Virus record (IMG/VR): IMGVR_UViG_2541047870_000005
Strand: one strand, 5' to 3'
DNA: 55,336 nucleotides
Source: a virus
Lineage: Duplodnaviria; Heunggongvirae; Uroviricota; Caudoviricetes
The translations under genes were made by a program, and so were the position numbers. Of this stretch, positions 37,331 to 46,986 are shown piece by piece. A model generated the notes under the pieces. That model was not told where the DNA came from and did not search any database. It was given only the letters and a program-made list of their open reading frames with translations. The stretch's first letter is position 1. Each line of letters begins with the position of its first letter.

Positions 37331-37384
37331 CGTTTCGGTATACGGTAGGATGTATACCTAAAAGCGTATACCAATTCATGAAGG
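37331..37384. promoter_or_regulatory. Cluster of four GGTATAC/GTATACC sites upstream of the satellite integrase gene
   Basis: ttGGTATACgtttcGGTATACggtaggatGTATACCtaaaagcGTATACC; the first 23 bp recur at 49543-49565. Confidence 0.5.
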
Positions 37385-37394
37385 AGCGGCCACA

Positions 37395-38594
37395 GTGGCA
37401 CGGACAACACGCCCCCTGACCAACACCGAAGTTCTGCGCGCGAAAGCGTTAGAGAAGGATCTAACGCTGCATGATGGCGATGGGCTTTTCCTGATAGTGA
37501 AAACTAGCGGCAAGAAACTCTGGCGCTTTCGCTATCAACGCCCAGCAACAAAACAGCGGACTATGATGGGACTTGGTGCTTTTCCTGCCCTTTCTCTTGC
37601 TGATGCCCGAGGGTTAAGAGCAGATTACCTTGCCCTATTAGCCAACGGAATCGACCCGCAAATTCAAGCTGAAGTTGCAGAGGAACAGCAGCAAATCGCT
37701 CTGGACAGTATTTTTTCGACGGTCGCCGCTAACTGGTTCCAGCTCAAAAGCAAAAGCGTTACCCATGATTACGCTAAAGATATATGGCGTTCACTGGAAA
37801 AAGACGTATTCCCCACCATCGGGGAGATCCCTGTCCAGCAAATCAAAGCCCGAACACTGGTTGAAGCCCTTGAACCGATCAAAGCTCGTGGGGCGCTGGA
37901 GACGGTGCGCCGGTTGGTGCAGCGTGTTAACGAGATAATGATTTATGCCGTAAATACTGGTCTTATTGATGCCAATCCAGCATCAGGCATTGGAATGGCC
38001 TTTGAGAAGCCAAAAAAACAAAATATGCCTACGTTGCGCCCAGAAGAATTGCCTATGCTGATGCGTTCTCTCGTCATGTCAAATTTGTCTGTTCCGACTC
38101 GCTGCCTCATTGAGTGGCAACTCCTGACTCTAGTTCGTCCTTCTGAGGCTTCCGGTGCTAGGTGGGCTGAGCTCGATCTCGATGCAAAGCTCTGGACTAT
38201 CCCAGCTGAACGAATGAAGGCTAAGCGGGAACACATAGTCCCTCTATCTCCTCAGGCATTAGAGATTCTTGATGTGATGAAGCTAATCAGTGCCCATCGT
38301 GAACATGTTTTCCCGAGTCGGAATGACCCAAAGCAACCAATGAATAGCCAGACGGCAAATGCTGCTTTAAAAAGGATTGGATTTGGTGGTAGATTGGTTG
38401 CTCATGGATTGCGTTCAATTGCCAGCACCGCATTAAATGAAGCGGGTTTTAATGCAGATGTAATTGAGGCTGCTCTTGCACATAGTGATAAAAATGAAGT
38501 GCGCAGAGCATATAATCGTTCAACTTACCTTGAGCAACGAATAGGACTTATGAATTGGTGGGGCCAAAAAGTGTACGAGCGCAATCAATATTAG
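37395..38594 (+). CDS. P4-type tyrosine integrase (IntA-like); GTG start
   Basis: 399-aa ORF about 185 bp downstream of the ssrA core, as for intA next to ssrA in E. coli K-12; integrase-like N-terminal region. Confidence 0.85.
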   Translation: MARTTRPLTNTEVLRAKALEKDLTLHDGDGLFLIVKTSGKKLWRFRYQRPATKQRTMMGLGAFPALSLADARGLRADYLALLANGIDPQIQAEVAEEQQQIALDSIFSTVAANWFQLKSKSVTHDYAKDIWRSLEKDVFPTIGEIPVQQIKARTLVEALEPIKARGALETVRRLVQRVNEIMIYAVNTGLIDANPASGIGMAFEKPKKQNMPTLRPEELPMLMRSLVMSNLSVPTRCLIEWQLLTLVRPSEASGARWAELDLDAKLWTIPAERMKAKREHIVPLSPQALEILDVMKLISAHREHVFPSRNDPKQPMNSQTANAALKRIGFGGRLVAHGLRSIASTALNEAGFNADVIEAALAHSDKNEVRRAYNRSTYLEQRIGLMNWWGQKVYERNQY

Positions 38595-38623
38595 TTAACT
38601 TGTTATACATGGAGATATAGTTC

Positions 38624-39082
38624 ATGGAGAATAATCTAGATAATTTATGTTATGAATTCTTTAGAGAGTTTTCACGTTATGAATATTGCCTTAAGGCATG
38701 TGGACTTCATCATAAAATAAAAGATGCTAAAGCGAACTGGGATGAGTATGCAAAGCAAGTTTCTGAAATCATAAATAACACAACTGATCCAGAGCTAATT
38801 GCTGCTATCACCTACTTTAAAGAACACCCACCCAAAAAACAAATCATAGAAGATGACTCTTTAGTTTGGGATGATTCTTTACCACAAGAAAAAGATTTAG
38901 CAAAATTTCTTTTTTTGTTAATCCGCCGTGTAAGAAACAATCTTTTTCACGGAGGAAAATTTAACGGGAAATGGTTTGAACCTGAACGTAGTGAGGCGTT
39001 ACTGCAACATGGCCTTGTTATTTTGAGGCATTGCGGCACAAGGCATAGTGAAGTAAGCAAAGCCTATTCTGGAATAGCCTGA
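38624..39082 (+). CDS. Hypothetical 152-aa protein with HEPN-like Rx4H motif
   Basis: Motif RRVRNNLFHGG; AT-rich; first cargo gene after int. Confidence 0.45.
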   Translation: MENNLDNLCYEFFREFSRYEYCLKACGLHHKIKDAKANWDEYAKQVSEIINNTTDPELIAAITYFKEHPPKKQIIEDDSLVWDDSLPQEKDLAKFLFLLIRRVRNNLFHGGKFNGKWFEPERSEALLQHGLVILRHCGTRHSEVSKAYSGIA

Positions 39083-39096
39083 GCGGTGTTATAAAA

Positions 39097-39143
39097 GAGA
39101 AGTTTTTGTTACTGGAAGAATGATAAAATTCAAAAACTTCTCT
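39097..39143. terminator. Long inverted repeat between convergent genes (candidate bidirectional terminator)
   Basis: agagaagtttttg ... caaaaacttctct, 13-bp arms, 21-nt spacer. Confidence 0.4.
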
Positions 39144-39174
39144 ATTGATTGTTTAAAAAATCGTCTAAATAAGA

Positions 39175-41757
39175 CTATTGTACCCAAAAGTTACGAAATA
39201 TATTATGTATTTCGTTTTGAACTAATTGTGGCAGTTCTTCCATGTCAACTTTATTGTCCTTAATCCAATTAATGCATTCTTCCTCATCTAAACTATCATT
39301 AGGAATAAGCTCTGAAATCATTACAGCAGCAGTTCTTGAAAAGCCAAGCCCTATTAGTGAAATCTGAGTTTTTAAACTTACACCCAGTTCTAAATAAACA
39401 CCGATATCTTCAACATCTTTTGCTAAGTCTGTGCGATCTATCGAAAGATAAAAGCTTTTTAATAAATCATTATAACATCCTAAAAGCCTTGGAGCTTGAT
39501 AGCGAGCGATCTCTTCAACATCCTTCATAACCCCTCGTATTAAAGTCGCTTCTTTGAAAACAATATTTTTCTTTTTGTTATATCTTATTCTATCCGAGAT
39601 CAATCTTGCTAGGGGATAACCTTTCATCCACTTGGAAACTAACAAGGCCTGTACGTAAGCTCCTTTTGAATTATAACCTAGCTTCTTACTCAGAGTATCA
39701 CTAATTCTAGAGAATGCGGATACATATGAATCTAACGCATCATTACTACCAGGTTCAGAAAGCAGTAATCTCTCTACAGGTTTGTTTGTATCCCGCGAAA
39801 ATCTATCCCAAAGGTTTTGCATTAAAAGCGGGCTTATACCAGGATGCCGCACAACCAATTCGTGTGGAAAAGTTAAAGAATCAAAAACATCAAATATTGC
39901 TTCATTTAAAACATCGATATTTTTTATATTGTACTTTTCCATGTAAGGATTATTATCCAAGCCATTATAAAAATAAAATGATGAACATAAATAACTAAAT
40001 AGACTCTGGAGATTAGGATTCCGCTCAGACATACCAAAATGATGCTCTGAAAAAATATAGGAAACCAACTTATCCATGTCATGGGAAATAGCATCCGTGG
40101 CGCGAGTTATAAATATATTTTTTTTGGTTTTTGGAGGCTCTCCATTCCAAATTTTTTCATTGTCGCTATCGATGCAGATGACATTACCTTGGAATTCTTT
40201 TCCCCAACGACCAGCTCTGCCAGCAAGATTCCAAAAATCCTCTTCTCGCATCGGGGTTGAATTACCCTTTTTAGGGCCTCTTATAAAAATATTTTTACAA
40301 GCCATGTTTACGCCCTCAACTAAAGTTGAGGTACAAATTAAAAAATCAATCTTACCTTTACTAAACAATCGTTCAATCTCGCCCTTTATTATTAAAGGCA
40401 TGTTGCCATAATGAAAAGCGACTCTCTTTTTTAGAGTGCGATTTAATGCGAAATTTTTATGTATAATTGTCTCACTAAGCTCAACGAGAGCTAAAATTTC
40501 TTCATCCTCAGTCTCATTTTCTATACTTGCAGATATTAGCTTGGAAGTAGATTCTGCTTCAGCGGCTCCATTTACGTAAACTACGTTACCAGAAGCCCCC
40601 TTACCTAAACAAAGAGCTACAAAAGGCAATCTTTTACTTTCAGGAGATGGTGCATTTTCTAAAGAAAAGTTTCCTAACTCGCGTTTTTCACCGTTTGCAA
40701 AATAATACATCAACCAATCTTTGGTCTTGCGTGGTTTTTGTTCTACCCATATTAAATTTTGATTAACTGTAACATAGTCACTTTTTATAGTTCTTTTGTT
40801 TTTTAATATTGGAGCATCACTGAGCAATATTTCAGGATTTAAGGTGAAAGGACTTGCAAAGATAACTTTTGAATCAGGGTTATTTAGACAAGTCAGTTCA
40901 ATTACATGTTGAAGAATAACACCTCTTCCACCATCACCGATCTTGTGTGCTTCATCAACAACTAAGACGTCTATCTTTGGAATTTGTGAGAAATGATTGT
41001 AGAATAAATTTAATCTTTCCTGTGTAAATATGAAGACATTAGATTTTTCGCTCTGGTATACATTACTCAATGGTAGTGTCTGAATATTAACTATATTTGT
41101 TAAATTAGGATCCAAACGTTTTTGCAACTCAGAATATACTTCTGAAATCAATGCCCTTGTTGGTACGATATAAATAACTAAGCAATTCTTATTTCTTTTT
41201 ACAAACTGCTCCACCCAAGATTCCAGGATAAATGATTTTCCTACAGAGGTAGGAGCAGAGACACTAACCCATGAGTTTTCTTGTACCGCATCCCAAAACT
41301 CTGATTGAAACCTATTAGCATAAATATGCTTATCAGCATCTATTTCAATTGTATATAGAATTTTTCTTTTAGTTAGTTCTAACTGAGCCTTTAAGGGTAA
41401 TCTTTCTTCGAAATCAGGGTTAAGATACCCCCTATTTTCAGCAAGTTGTATTGCTGGATTATTAGATAATGAATCAAGAATTAATGCAGCACTATCTTTT
41501 CTTGCTTCACTTTTTTCATTCAATAAGCAATACTGTGCAATCCTTAAGGCTGCATCTTGGCATTTCTCATCACTTGAGAAAGCCAAAGAACTAGCACATG
41601 TTAAAAGATAGCCGACATCCTCAGAACTAATCTGTGGGATTACATCTGATTTTAACTCTGGAAATTGATCTTTTATCGAGTTAGCGACTAATGCCTGATA
41701 TTTTCTTAAGAATCCTTGATTCTTAATCAACCACCCAGATAAATCTCGCAACGACAT
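39175..41757 (-). CDS. hamB: SF2 DExH-box helicase, HamB-like (Hachiman-type defence helicase candidate)
   Basis: 860-aa AT-rich ORF; Walker A APTSVGKSF and motif II VLVVDEAHKIG; start overlaps the stop of the upstream gene. Confidence 0.55.
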   Translation of the reverse strand: MSLRDLSGWLIKNQGFLRKYQALVANSIKDQFPELKSDVIPQISSEDVGYLLTCASSLAFSSDEKCQDAALRIAQYCLLNEKSEARKDSAALILDSLSNNPAIQLAENRGYLNPDFEERLPLKAQLELTKRKILYTIEIDADKHIYANRFQSEFWDAVQENSWVSVSAPTSVGKSFILESWVEQFVKRNKNCLVIYIVPTRALISEVYSELQKRLDPNLTNIVNIQTLPLSNVYQSEKSNVFIFTQERLNLFYNHFSQIPKIDVLVVDEAHKIGDGGRGVILQHVIELTCLNNPDSKVIFASPFTLNPEILLSDAPILKNKRTIKSDYVTVNQNLIWVEQKPRKTKDWLMYYFANGEKRELGNFSLENAPSPESKRLPFVALCLGKGASGNVVYVNGAAEAESTSKLISASIENETEDEEILALVELSETIIHKNFALNRTLKKRVAFHYGNMPLIIKGEIERLFSKGKIDFLICTSTLVEGVNMACKNIFIRGPKKGNSTPMREEDFWNLAGRAGRWGKEFQGNVICIDSDNEKIWNGEPPKTKKNIFITRATDAISHDMDKLVSYIFSEHHFGMSERNPNLQSLFSYLCSSFYFYNGLDNNPYMEKYNIKNIDVLNEAIFDVFDSLTFPHELVVRHPGISPLLMQNLWDRFSRDTNKPVERLLLSEPGSNDALDSYVSAFSRISDTLSKKLGYNSKGAYVQALLVSKWMKGYPLARLISDRIRYNKKKNIVFKEATLIRGVMKDVEEIARYQAPRLLGCYNDLLKSFYLSIDRTDLAKDVEDIGVYLELGVSLKTQISLIGLGFSRTAAVMISELIPNDSLDEEECINWIKDNKVDMEELPQLVQNEIHNIFRNFWVQ

Positions 41758-41758
41758 T

Positions 41759-42700
41759 TCAACTCTCCAATGCTTTAATTAAACTAGCCCTAAATGCTTT
41801 TACTGAAGGAAAAGGAAGAATAAAAACATGCATAGCAAAGCGATCAAGTTTTTTATTAACTATACCACCTTGCACACTAGTTGACCATTTCCCGACTTTA
41901 GTATTAATCAAAGCAACTAGTTCACTGATATCAATTGAACTGGGCCCTTGTGGATAATCTTTAAGATCAAACCCAACTAAGCATATTCCTCTGTATTCCA
42001 ATTTATTAAAATCCGGGCTATCAGGATCTAAGAATCTTTTCAACGCTTGTTCTAGTTCTATATCATCAACATTTAAGTGCGACTCCAGCAACTGCATATC
42101 ACGTGTCTCAGCGCCTTCTATTCCCATAGAACTTTGAAGTAATGGAGCTATACTATCCATACACTCAGAAATACCTTTGCTCAGATTGGAATAGAGTTTA
42201 GACTCGCCCCAGTATAAACATAATTTTTTATTATCTTTATCTACGCCTATATGTATTCCATCTGCACCATGGTAATGCATTTGAGAACTCGTTTTCAGGC
42301 TCATTTTGCAAATAATTTGTGGAAATCTAAGGAATTGCTCTGCAAATAAAAAAAGAATAAATTCACCGCCTTCGCCACTATTTGCAAGCCTAGTAAATAA
42401 TTTTTTTGCTTGATTTGCTAATTTTGTTATTTTCGCTGTTGATTGTGTTTCATTAAAATATTGCACTGCCTCATTGATTTTTTTCCTTGGAATAGCATAA
42501 TCAACTACTTTATCGTTCAAGAATTGGATTAACGCGTCTACCCGAGGACGTCCATTGCCATCAAGATTAAGGCAATGAAAATGACAAGTTGCATTTGTAT
42601 TTTCAATCAATGAATTAACTTTAACTTCACTAAAATAACTATTTAGTGTTTGACCATCATCTCTAATCAGATTTTCAAGCGCGACATGCAGTGCATCCAT
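41759..42700 (-). CDS. hamA: HamA-like protein with PD-(D/E)xK-type motif (Hachiman-type effector candidate)
   Basis: 313-aa AT-rich ORF immediately upstream of the helicase; GIHIGVD ... LYWGESK resembles a PD-(D/E)xK nuclease signature. Confidence 0.5.
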   Translation of the reverse strand: MDALHVALENLIRDDGQTLNSYFSEVKVNSLIENTNATCHFHCLNLDGNGRPRVDALIQFLNDKVVDYAIPRKKINEAVQYFNETQSTAKITKLANQAKKLFTRLANSGEGGEFILFLFAEQFLRFPQIICKMSLKTSSQMHYHGADGIHIGVDKDNKKLCLYWGESKLYSNLSKGISECMDSIAPLLQSSMGIEGAETRDMQLLESHLNVDDIELEQALKRFLDPDSPDFNKLEYRGICLVGFDLKDYPQGPSSIDISELVALINTKVGKWSTSVQGGIVNKKLDRFAMHVFILPFPSVKAFRASLIKALES

Positions 42701-42889
42701 GAGTAGGTCCTTGCATATTTTATTTTCCTCATCATTTGCAATATATACTTATTTCAATAGCTTGCAACATTTTTACTCGACAATGATACTTACACCACAC
42801 TCGCTGCTTAAAATCATTGTTATCGCTTTAACGTGATAAACGATTCTTTCAATCAGGTACTCATTGAAAGTTAAAAGTTACTTTGACCA

Positions 42890-43033
42890 TACACAGCGTG
42901 CGCTGCCCCGCCCGCCTGCCCGCTTCGCTTAACAGACTGGTTTTCATGCACCCCGTAAATCGTCTCAGAAGCCACCACACAAGGGCTTTCGCGTCAAAAA
43001 TGGCGCATGAGACTCATGCGTTTTCATGCGCTA
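42890..43033. other. Putative satellite cos (packaging) region
   Basis: GC-rich non-coding segment homologous to 25786-25935; minus strand reads GGCGGGCGGGGCAGCGCACGCTG, resembling the P2/P4 cohesive end as I recall it. Confidence 0.45.
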
Positions 43034-43125
43034 TAGATATGCACTCATACGCCTTCAGGCCAGCCAGGGAAAAGGCGTAAAAAATCCCGGTACTGGACCG
43101 GGACTACGTGGGCGTATTTTGCTAA

Positions 43126-43398
43126 TCAGACAGGAATTAGCTGACGGCTTGACAGCTTTGACGCGGAGCCATAGCGGTTGAGAGTTTGCTGTTGTTTTTC
43201 TGGCATTTGTTCTTTGTCTGATTCCTGTTCATTGCGCCAAGGCTTCATAATTATCGTATCCACGCTTTCCAGAGCGGTAAATGTGCAGGAACATTCCAGA
43301 TTCTGGCACTGATACCATGAGCGTTTAACCGATGGAGCTTCATAGGCGCTGGTTCTGGCGTGAGCGACCGTCCCACATTCAGGACACTTCAGGGCCAT
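43126..43398 (-). CDS. Delta/Ogr-like zinc-finger transactivator of helper late genes
   Basis: MALKCPECGTVAHARTS...YQCQNLECSCTF matches the Ogr/Delta zinc-finger pattern; start taken at the internal Met; the ORF track begins at 43500. Confidence 0.7.
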   Translation of the reverse strand: MALKCPECGTVAHARTSAYEAPSVKRSWYQCQNLECSCTFTALESVDTIIMKPWRNEQESDKEQMPEKQQQTLNRYGSASKLSSRQLIPV

Positions 43399-43399
43399 A

Positions 43400-43954
43400 T
43401 CAGTACCCTCCTTTTTCATTAAGTCGGTTAAGGCGGGCCAGGAAAACTTTATGTTGTGCCGGGGTGAAACTGGTTGAAGCATCAGCGTACATTGATGCAT
43501 CCACCGTTAATCCGGTTTCGTCGATAATGCTCTTGTATGCTGCTGAAATTACCGGAGTACGCACTTCCGTTTGTCGGGCTACAGCGGTTCGTAATATTTT
43601 CATTGCCGCCTCAAGCCCGTATGGAGCGCAAAGAAAAGGAGCCAGTGCGTCAGTGAGTGCATCACCATGCTCGCTCATGAAGTTTTCCGTTGCGCTTGTA
43701 ACACAACTCTCCAGCACAATCTGGTGAGCATAAAGACCATCCCGTGCAGCACAGTTAATCTGCCATTCGAGGACAGCAAGACGCTCACGAAGCTCCTCAA
43801 GCTGGCTGGCATATGCTGCCGGTTTTTCTTCAGTATTCAGCAGAGCCGCCAGACGAAGCTGGTAGGTACTTTGCGTATTACGTAGTGTCAGCCAGCTTTT
43901 TATCGCCGAGCGGTAATCGTTGAGAGCTTCCTGAGTAATGGTTCCGGCATTCAT
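43400..43954 (-). CDS. psu: Psu-like protein (polarity suppression / capsid decoration)
   Basis: 184-aa ORF in the sid-psu-delta block; segments FMSEHGDALTDALAPF and SFTPAQHKVF resemble P4 Psu as I recall it. Confidence 0.55.
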   Translation of the reverse strand: MNAGTITQEALNDYRSAIKSWLTLRNTQSTYQLRLAALLNTEEKPAAYASQLEELRERLAVLEWQINCAARDGLYAHQIVLESCVTSATENFMSEHGDALTDALAPFLCAPYGLEAAMKILRTAVARQTEVRTPVISAAYKSIIDETGLTVDASMYADASTSFTPAQHKVFLARLNRLNEKGGY

Positions 43955-44736
43955 TTCTTCTCGCCCCCTTTAACCATGTCACGCTGTTTAAGCATCCGTG
44001 AACGCGCTGCAGGGCTGGGGGATTGTCTGGCATCCTGGATGGCTTTATCGTCCGCATAAATGCTGATCCCCGGCAGGGTAATATCATCCGTTGAAGATAC
44101 GTTACAGGACAGTGCCGGAGTGGTGAGGTGCTCGCTGATAAATTGCTTCAGCACACTTTCGGGGTCGTTTACGGTATGAACTACACCGATAACAGCAGAA
44201 GCGCTTCGGCCCAGAGTCATTTTCAACAGTCCAAGGATCTGAATAAGTTTCTGGCCGTGTTCCTTCATAAACTCATTCCAGAGCCACACTGCATGAGTTT
44301 CAATCAGGCGATTATGTTCGCTGATGTAGTGGTTTGCAGCATCCGCAGTTTTCCAGGGCAGGAATTCATTTTCTGCCACCTGAGCTGCCAGCAAATCTTC
44401 GAACTCATCCAGTGTTTCGCGTCCGAGGGCGATTTCTGCCCGCAGTTTTTTCATGCGTGGTGTCATATTTCCCTGATTCTCACGAAACAGGTTTCGCCAT
44501 TCATCATTAAGCGCCTGCGTTTCCGTTTTTGTATCTTCCTGACGTTTACGGATAGTTTCAATCATTGCAGCAGCTTCAGTTTGTTTTCGCCGTTCTTCCT
44601 GCCAGACAGCTTTTGCTGCCTTAACTTTTTCCACCGCTTCGCGAATTTTCGGCGGGAGGGAGGATGTAATGTTTGCATCAGAGATCTGGTTAACAGTAGT
44701 CATGAATGCTCCGGTAGTGTTTTGTTGTCGTGTCAA
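43951..44736 (-). CDS. sid: Sid-like capsid size-determination protein
   Basis: 261-aa coiled-coil-rich ORF first in the operon upstream of psu; assignment by position and size. Confidence 0.45.
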   Translation of the reverse strand: MTRQQNTTGAFMTTVNQISDANITSSLPPKIREAVEKVKAAKAVWQEERRKQTEAAAMIETIRKRQEDTKTETQALNDEWRNLFRENQGNMTPRMKKLRAEIALGRETLDEFEDLLAAQVAENEFLPWKTADAANHYISEHNRLIETHAVWLWNEFMKEHGQKLIQILGLLKMTLGRSASAVIGVVHTVNDPESVLKQFISEHLTTPALSCNVSSTDDITLPGISIYADDKAIQDARQSPSPAARSRMLKQRDMVKGGEKK

Positions 44737-44860
44737 TTGTGCCGATGCCCATACAAGCGCACTACCGAGGGGGATTGTGTCAGTGACAGAACAATGACCT
44801 TGTTCTGGCTAGCCAGAGAAATGTGTCATGTCTGATCTTCAACTTTCCTTTAATAAATAC

Positions 44861-45066
44861 TATTCACTACTGTTCACTTTGATAAAAAAATTGATAATAC
44901 AGCTAGTTAAGAGGTGAAGGGTTGACAAGGCAGTATTCAGTGACTGTTCATGAGTGTTCATCGGAAGGTAGCGTGATTTATGATTTTTTTTCATCAAAAG
45001 TGAAATTTTTATTCCGAATGATTATTTCATTATTGTTCCTCACAACTATTCACCACTCTTCAGTAG
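44861..45066. repeat. Cluster of TGTTCAC(C)-like iterons (P4-type ori/crr candidate) in an AT-rich intergenic region
   Basis: tattcactacTGTTCACttt, gtgacTGTTCAtgagTGTTCAtcgg, ctaTTCACCactcTTCAg. Confidence 0.5.
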
Positions 45067-45616
45067 TATTCAACAGATGATGAAATAGACGATTTTTCTT
45101 TGCCGGGAAATAACATGATTCCCCCCTTTCCCTGGTGTTGCATTTCAATCTGATTTTTATAAAACTAGAACTGCTCGGTCTTTTATGAATTTATTTGGAT
45201 ATATTTTTAGGTTAAGAATGCGTGGTTATTGATTTTATGCGGTTCTAATTCTTCTGAGCTTGATGCAATTCATGAGTATATCCTGAAGTTAGGTTTGCAA
45301 TGTAAAGCCATATGTAGAAATTGTGCATCCCTGCTGAATGGGTTGCGGTTTCAGTACCATTAAGTTCTATGACTTATGGGGTAGTAACCCCTGGATGAAA
45401 GTTAGTTCCTATTAATGTCCCTGTATTTATAGTTCGCAGACATAATATCTATCATGCCATTTTATGTGGTTTGATATAGTTTTAAATTCCATTAAATCAA
45501 TATGTGACGCTAAATAAATAATGGGTGCGTAAGCGAGAAATATATACATAATAAGGAACTACCTGAATCCGGGGGGATTTATCCGGACTGATGAAGGAAT
45601 TAAAGAGGGTAGATAA

Positions 45617-45877
45617 ATGCATGATATTTCTGTTTCTGCGCCAGCTCCGGCTGCGCCATTATTTCCTGTGCTGAACCAGCATGAGCGATTTTTACGTCTT
45701 CCCGAGGTGATGCATTTATGCGGCTTGTCCCGCTCAACTATATACGACCTGATAAGCCGCGATGCTTTCCCGAAGCAGATCCCGCTTGGTGGTAAAAATG
45801 TTGCCTGGGCACAGTCAGAGGTAAGCGCATGGATGGCGGATCGTATAAGTGCCCGCGGACGGGGATGTGATGCATAA
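45617..45877 (+). CDS. alpA: AlpA/Vis-family transcriptional regulator
   Basis: [48 protein letters not shown] is the typical AlpA-family HTH signature. Confidence 0.8.
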   Translation: MHDISVSAPAPAAPLFPVLNQHERFLRLPEVMHLCGLSRSTIYDLISRDAFPKQIPLGGKNVAWAQSEVSAWMADRISARGRGCDA

Positions 45878-46428
45878 TGATGCCTGAACGCATTAATCCC
45901 CATTTTTCTGGCTTGCATCCTGCAGTCATTTCCAGGTATAGTTTTTCCGCTGCCGCAAAATCGGCAGCCGGAATTGGCGTTCCGCGAAACTCAATGGCGA
46001 CACCAGACGCGCCAAGCGTCTTTTTTTTCGTCGAAGCTCTGGCACACCCATTTTCCAGGCTGTGGTGTTTATGCGTACACCGTGGTTCTTTCGAGATAAT
46101 GGCAGTCCGGGCGGGGCAGCCTTCGGGCTGGCCGGTATCCATTGAGGCCGGTTACGCCAACCCCGTTCGGGCTGCCACCAGTGAAATTGGCGTTTCCGGT
46201 GGTAGCAATAACCGCTACTCAATGGAGGCTGCCATCATGGCTACAACCCTCACCCCGTTTTACCCGCAATATGTCTTTGTGCTTGCCGCAATCCGCCGTG
46301 CTGACACTCAACCCCGCATCTGTATGCTTCGCACCGTGGCCTGCGATGAGCGCTTTGCACGCCTTTCGCTGGTCCGTGATTATGTGCTCTCCCTTTCTGC
46401 ACGGCTGCCTGCCGGGGAGGTGATGTGA
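45877..46428 (+). CDS. Hypothetical protein (start uncertain), translationally coupled to downstream genes
   Basis: GC-rich ORF whose stop overlaps the next start (ATGA); several overlapping alternative ORFs on both strands make the 5' end unreliable. Confidence 0.35.
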   Translation: MMPERINPHFSGLHPAVISRYSFSAAAKSAAGIGVPRNSMATPDAPSVFFFVEALAHPFSRLWCLCVHRGSFEIMAVRAGQPSGWPVSIEAGYANPVRAATSEIGVSGGSNNRYSMEAAIMATTLTPFYPQYVFVLAAIRRADTQPRICMLRTVACDERFARLSLVRDYVLSLSARLPAGEVM

Positions 46429-46652
46429 TGAATCACGCCGCAATTTCTTATGACGATATTGTCCGCCTCAAGCATCTTCGTAACGTGGGGGAATTTGTCA
46501 CCGGAATGGCTGTTCTTCAGGACTGCTATGAAAAACCTGCAGGTGCTCAATGTGAGCAACTGGTTTCCCTGATTTATCTGATGACAGAACAGCTTGATGG
46601 CGTGGTACAGCGTTGCCAGGATGACCTGATGAACAAGGAGGTGGTGCAATGA
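46425..46652 (+). CDS. Hypothetical small protein (75 aa)
   Basis: 4-bp start/stop overlaps with flanking genes (operon coupling). Confidence 0.5.
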   Translation: MMNHAAISYDDIVRLKHLRNVGEFVTGMAVLQDCYEKPAGAQCEQLVSLIYLMTEQLDGVVQRCQDDLMNKEVVQ

Positions 46653-46972
46653 AATCACGCACTCTTCCCCTCTCACTTCGGCTGGCGTTATATCGCCGCG
46701 CGGTTGCCTGCGCCTGGCTGAGTATCTGCCATCAGCACAACCGCCACCTGCAGCTCACTCTGGATGAAATTGAAACCGCCATTGCCCGTGAGCTTGAAGG
46801 TTTTTATCTGCGACAGCACGGGCAAACAAAAGGCATGGAAATCGCCTGCGCCCTGCTTTCAGACCTGATGGAATCCGGTCCTCTAATGTCCTGCCCCGCA
46901 CTCTCCCAGCTCGGAATAGCCGTAATGGATGAGTTATGCGTCCGTCACATTATAAAGCCGGTTTTACACTGA
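46649..46972 (+). CDS. Hypothetical protein (107 aa)
   Basis: Coupled ORF immediately upstream of the primase gene. Confidence 0.5.
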   Translation: MKSRTLPLSLRLALYRRAVACAWLSICHQHNRHLQLTLDEIETAIARELEGFYLRQHGQTKGMEIACALLSDLMESGPLMSCPALSQLGIAVMDELCVRHIIKPVLH

Positions 46973-46986
46973 GGGAGAACTGCATC

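Noticed and set aside
44128-44835. 235-aa plus-strand ORF opposite sid
   Set aside because: Antisense to the coiled-coil sid-like gene, which fits the delta/psu/sid operon; no support for an independent gene.
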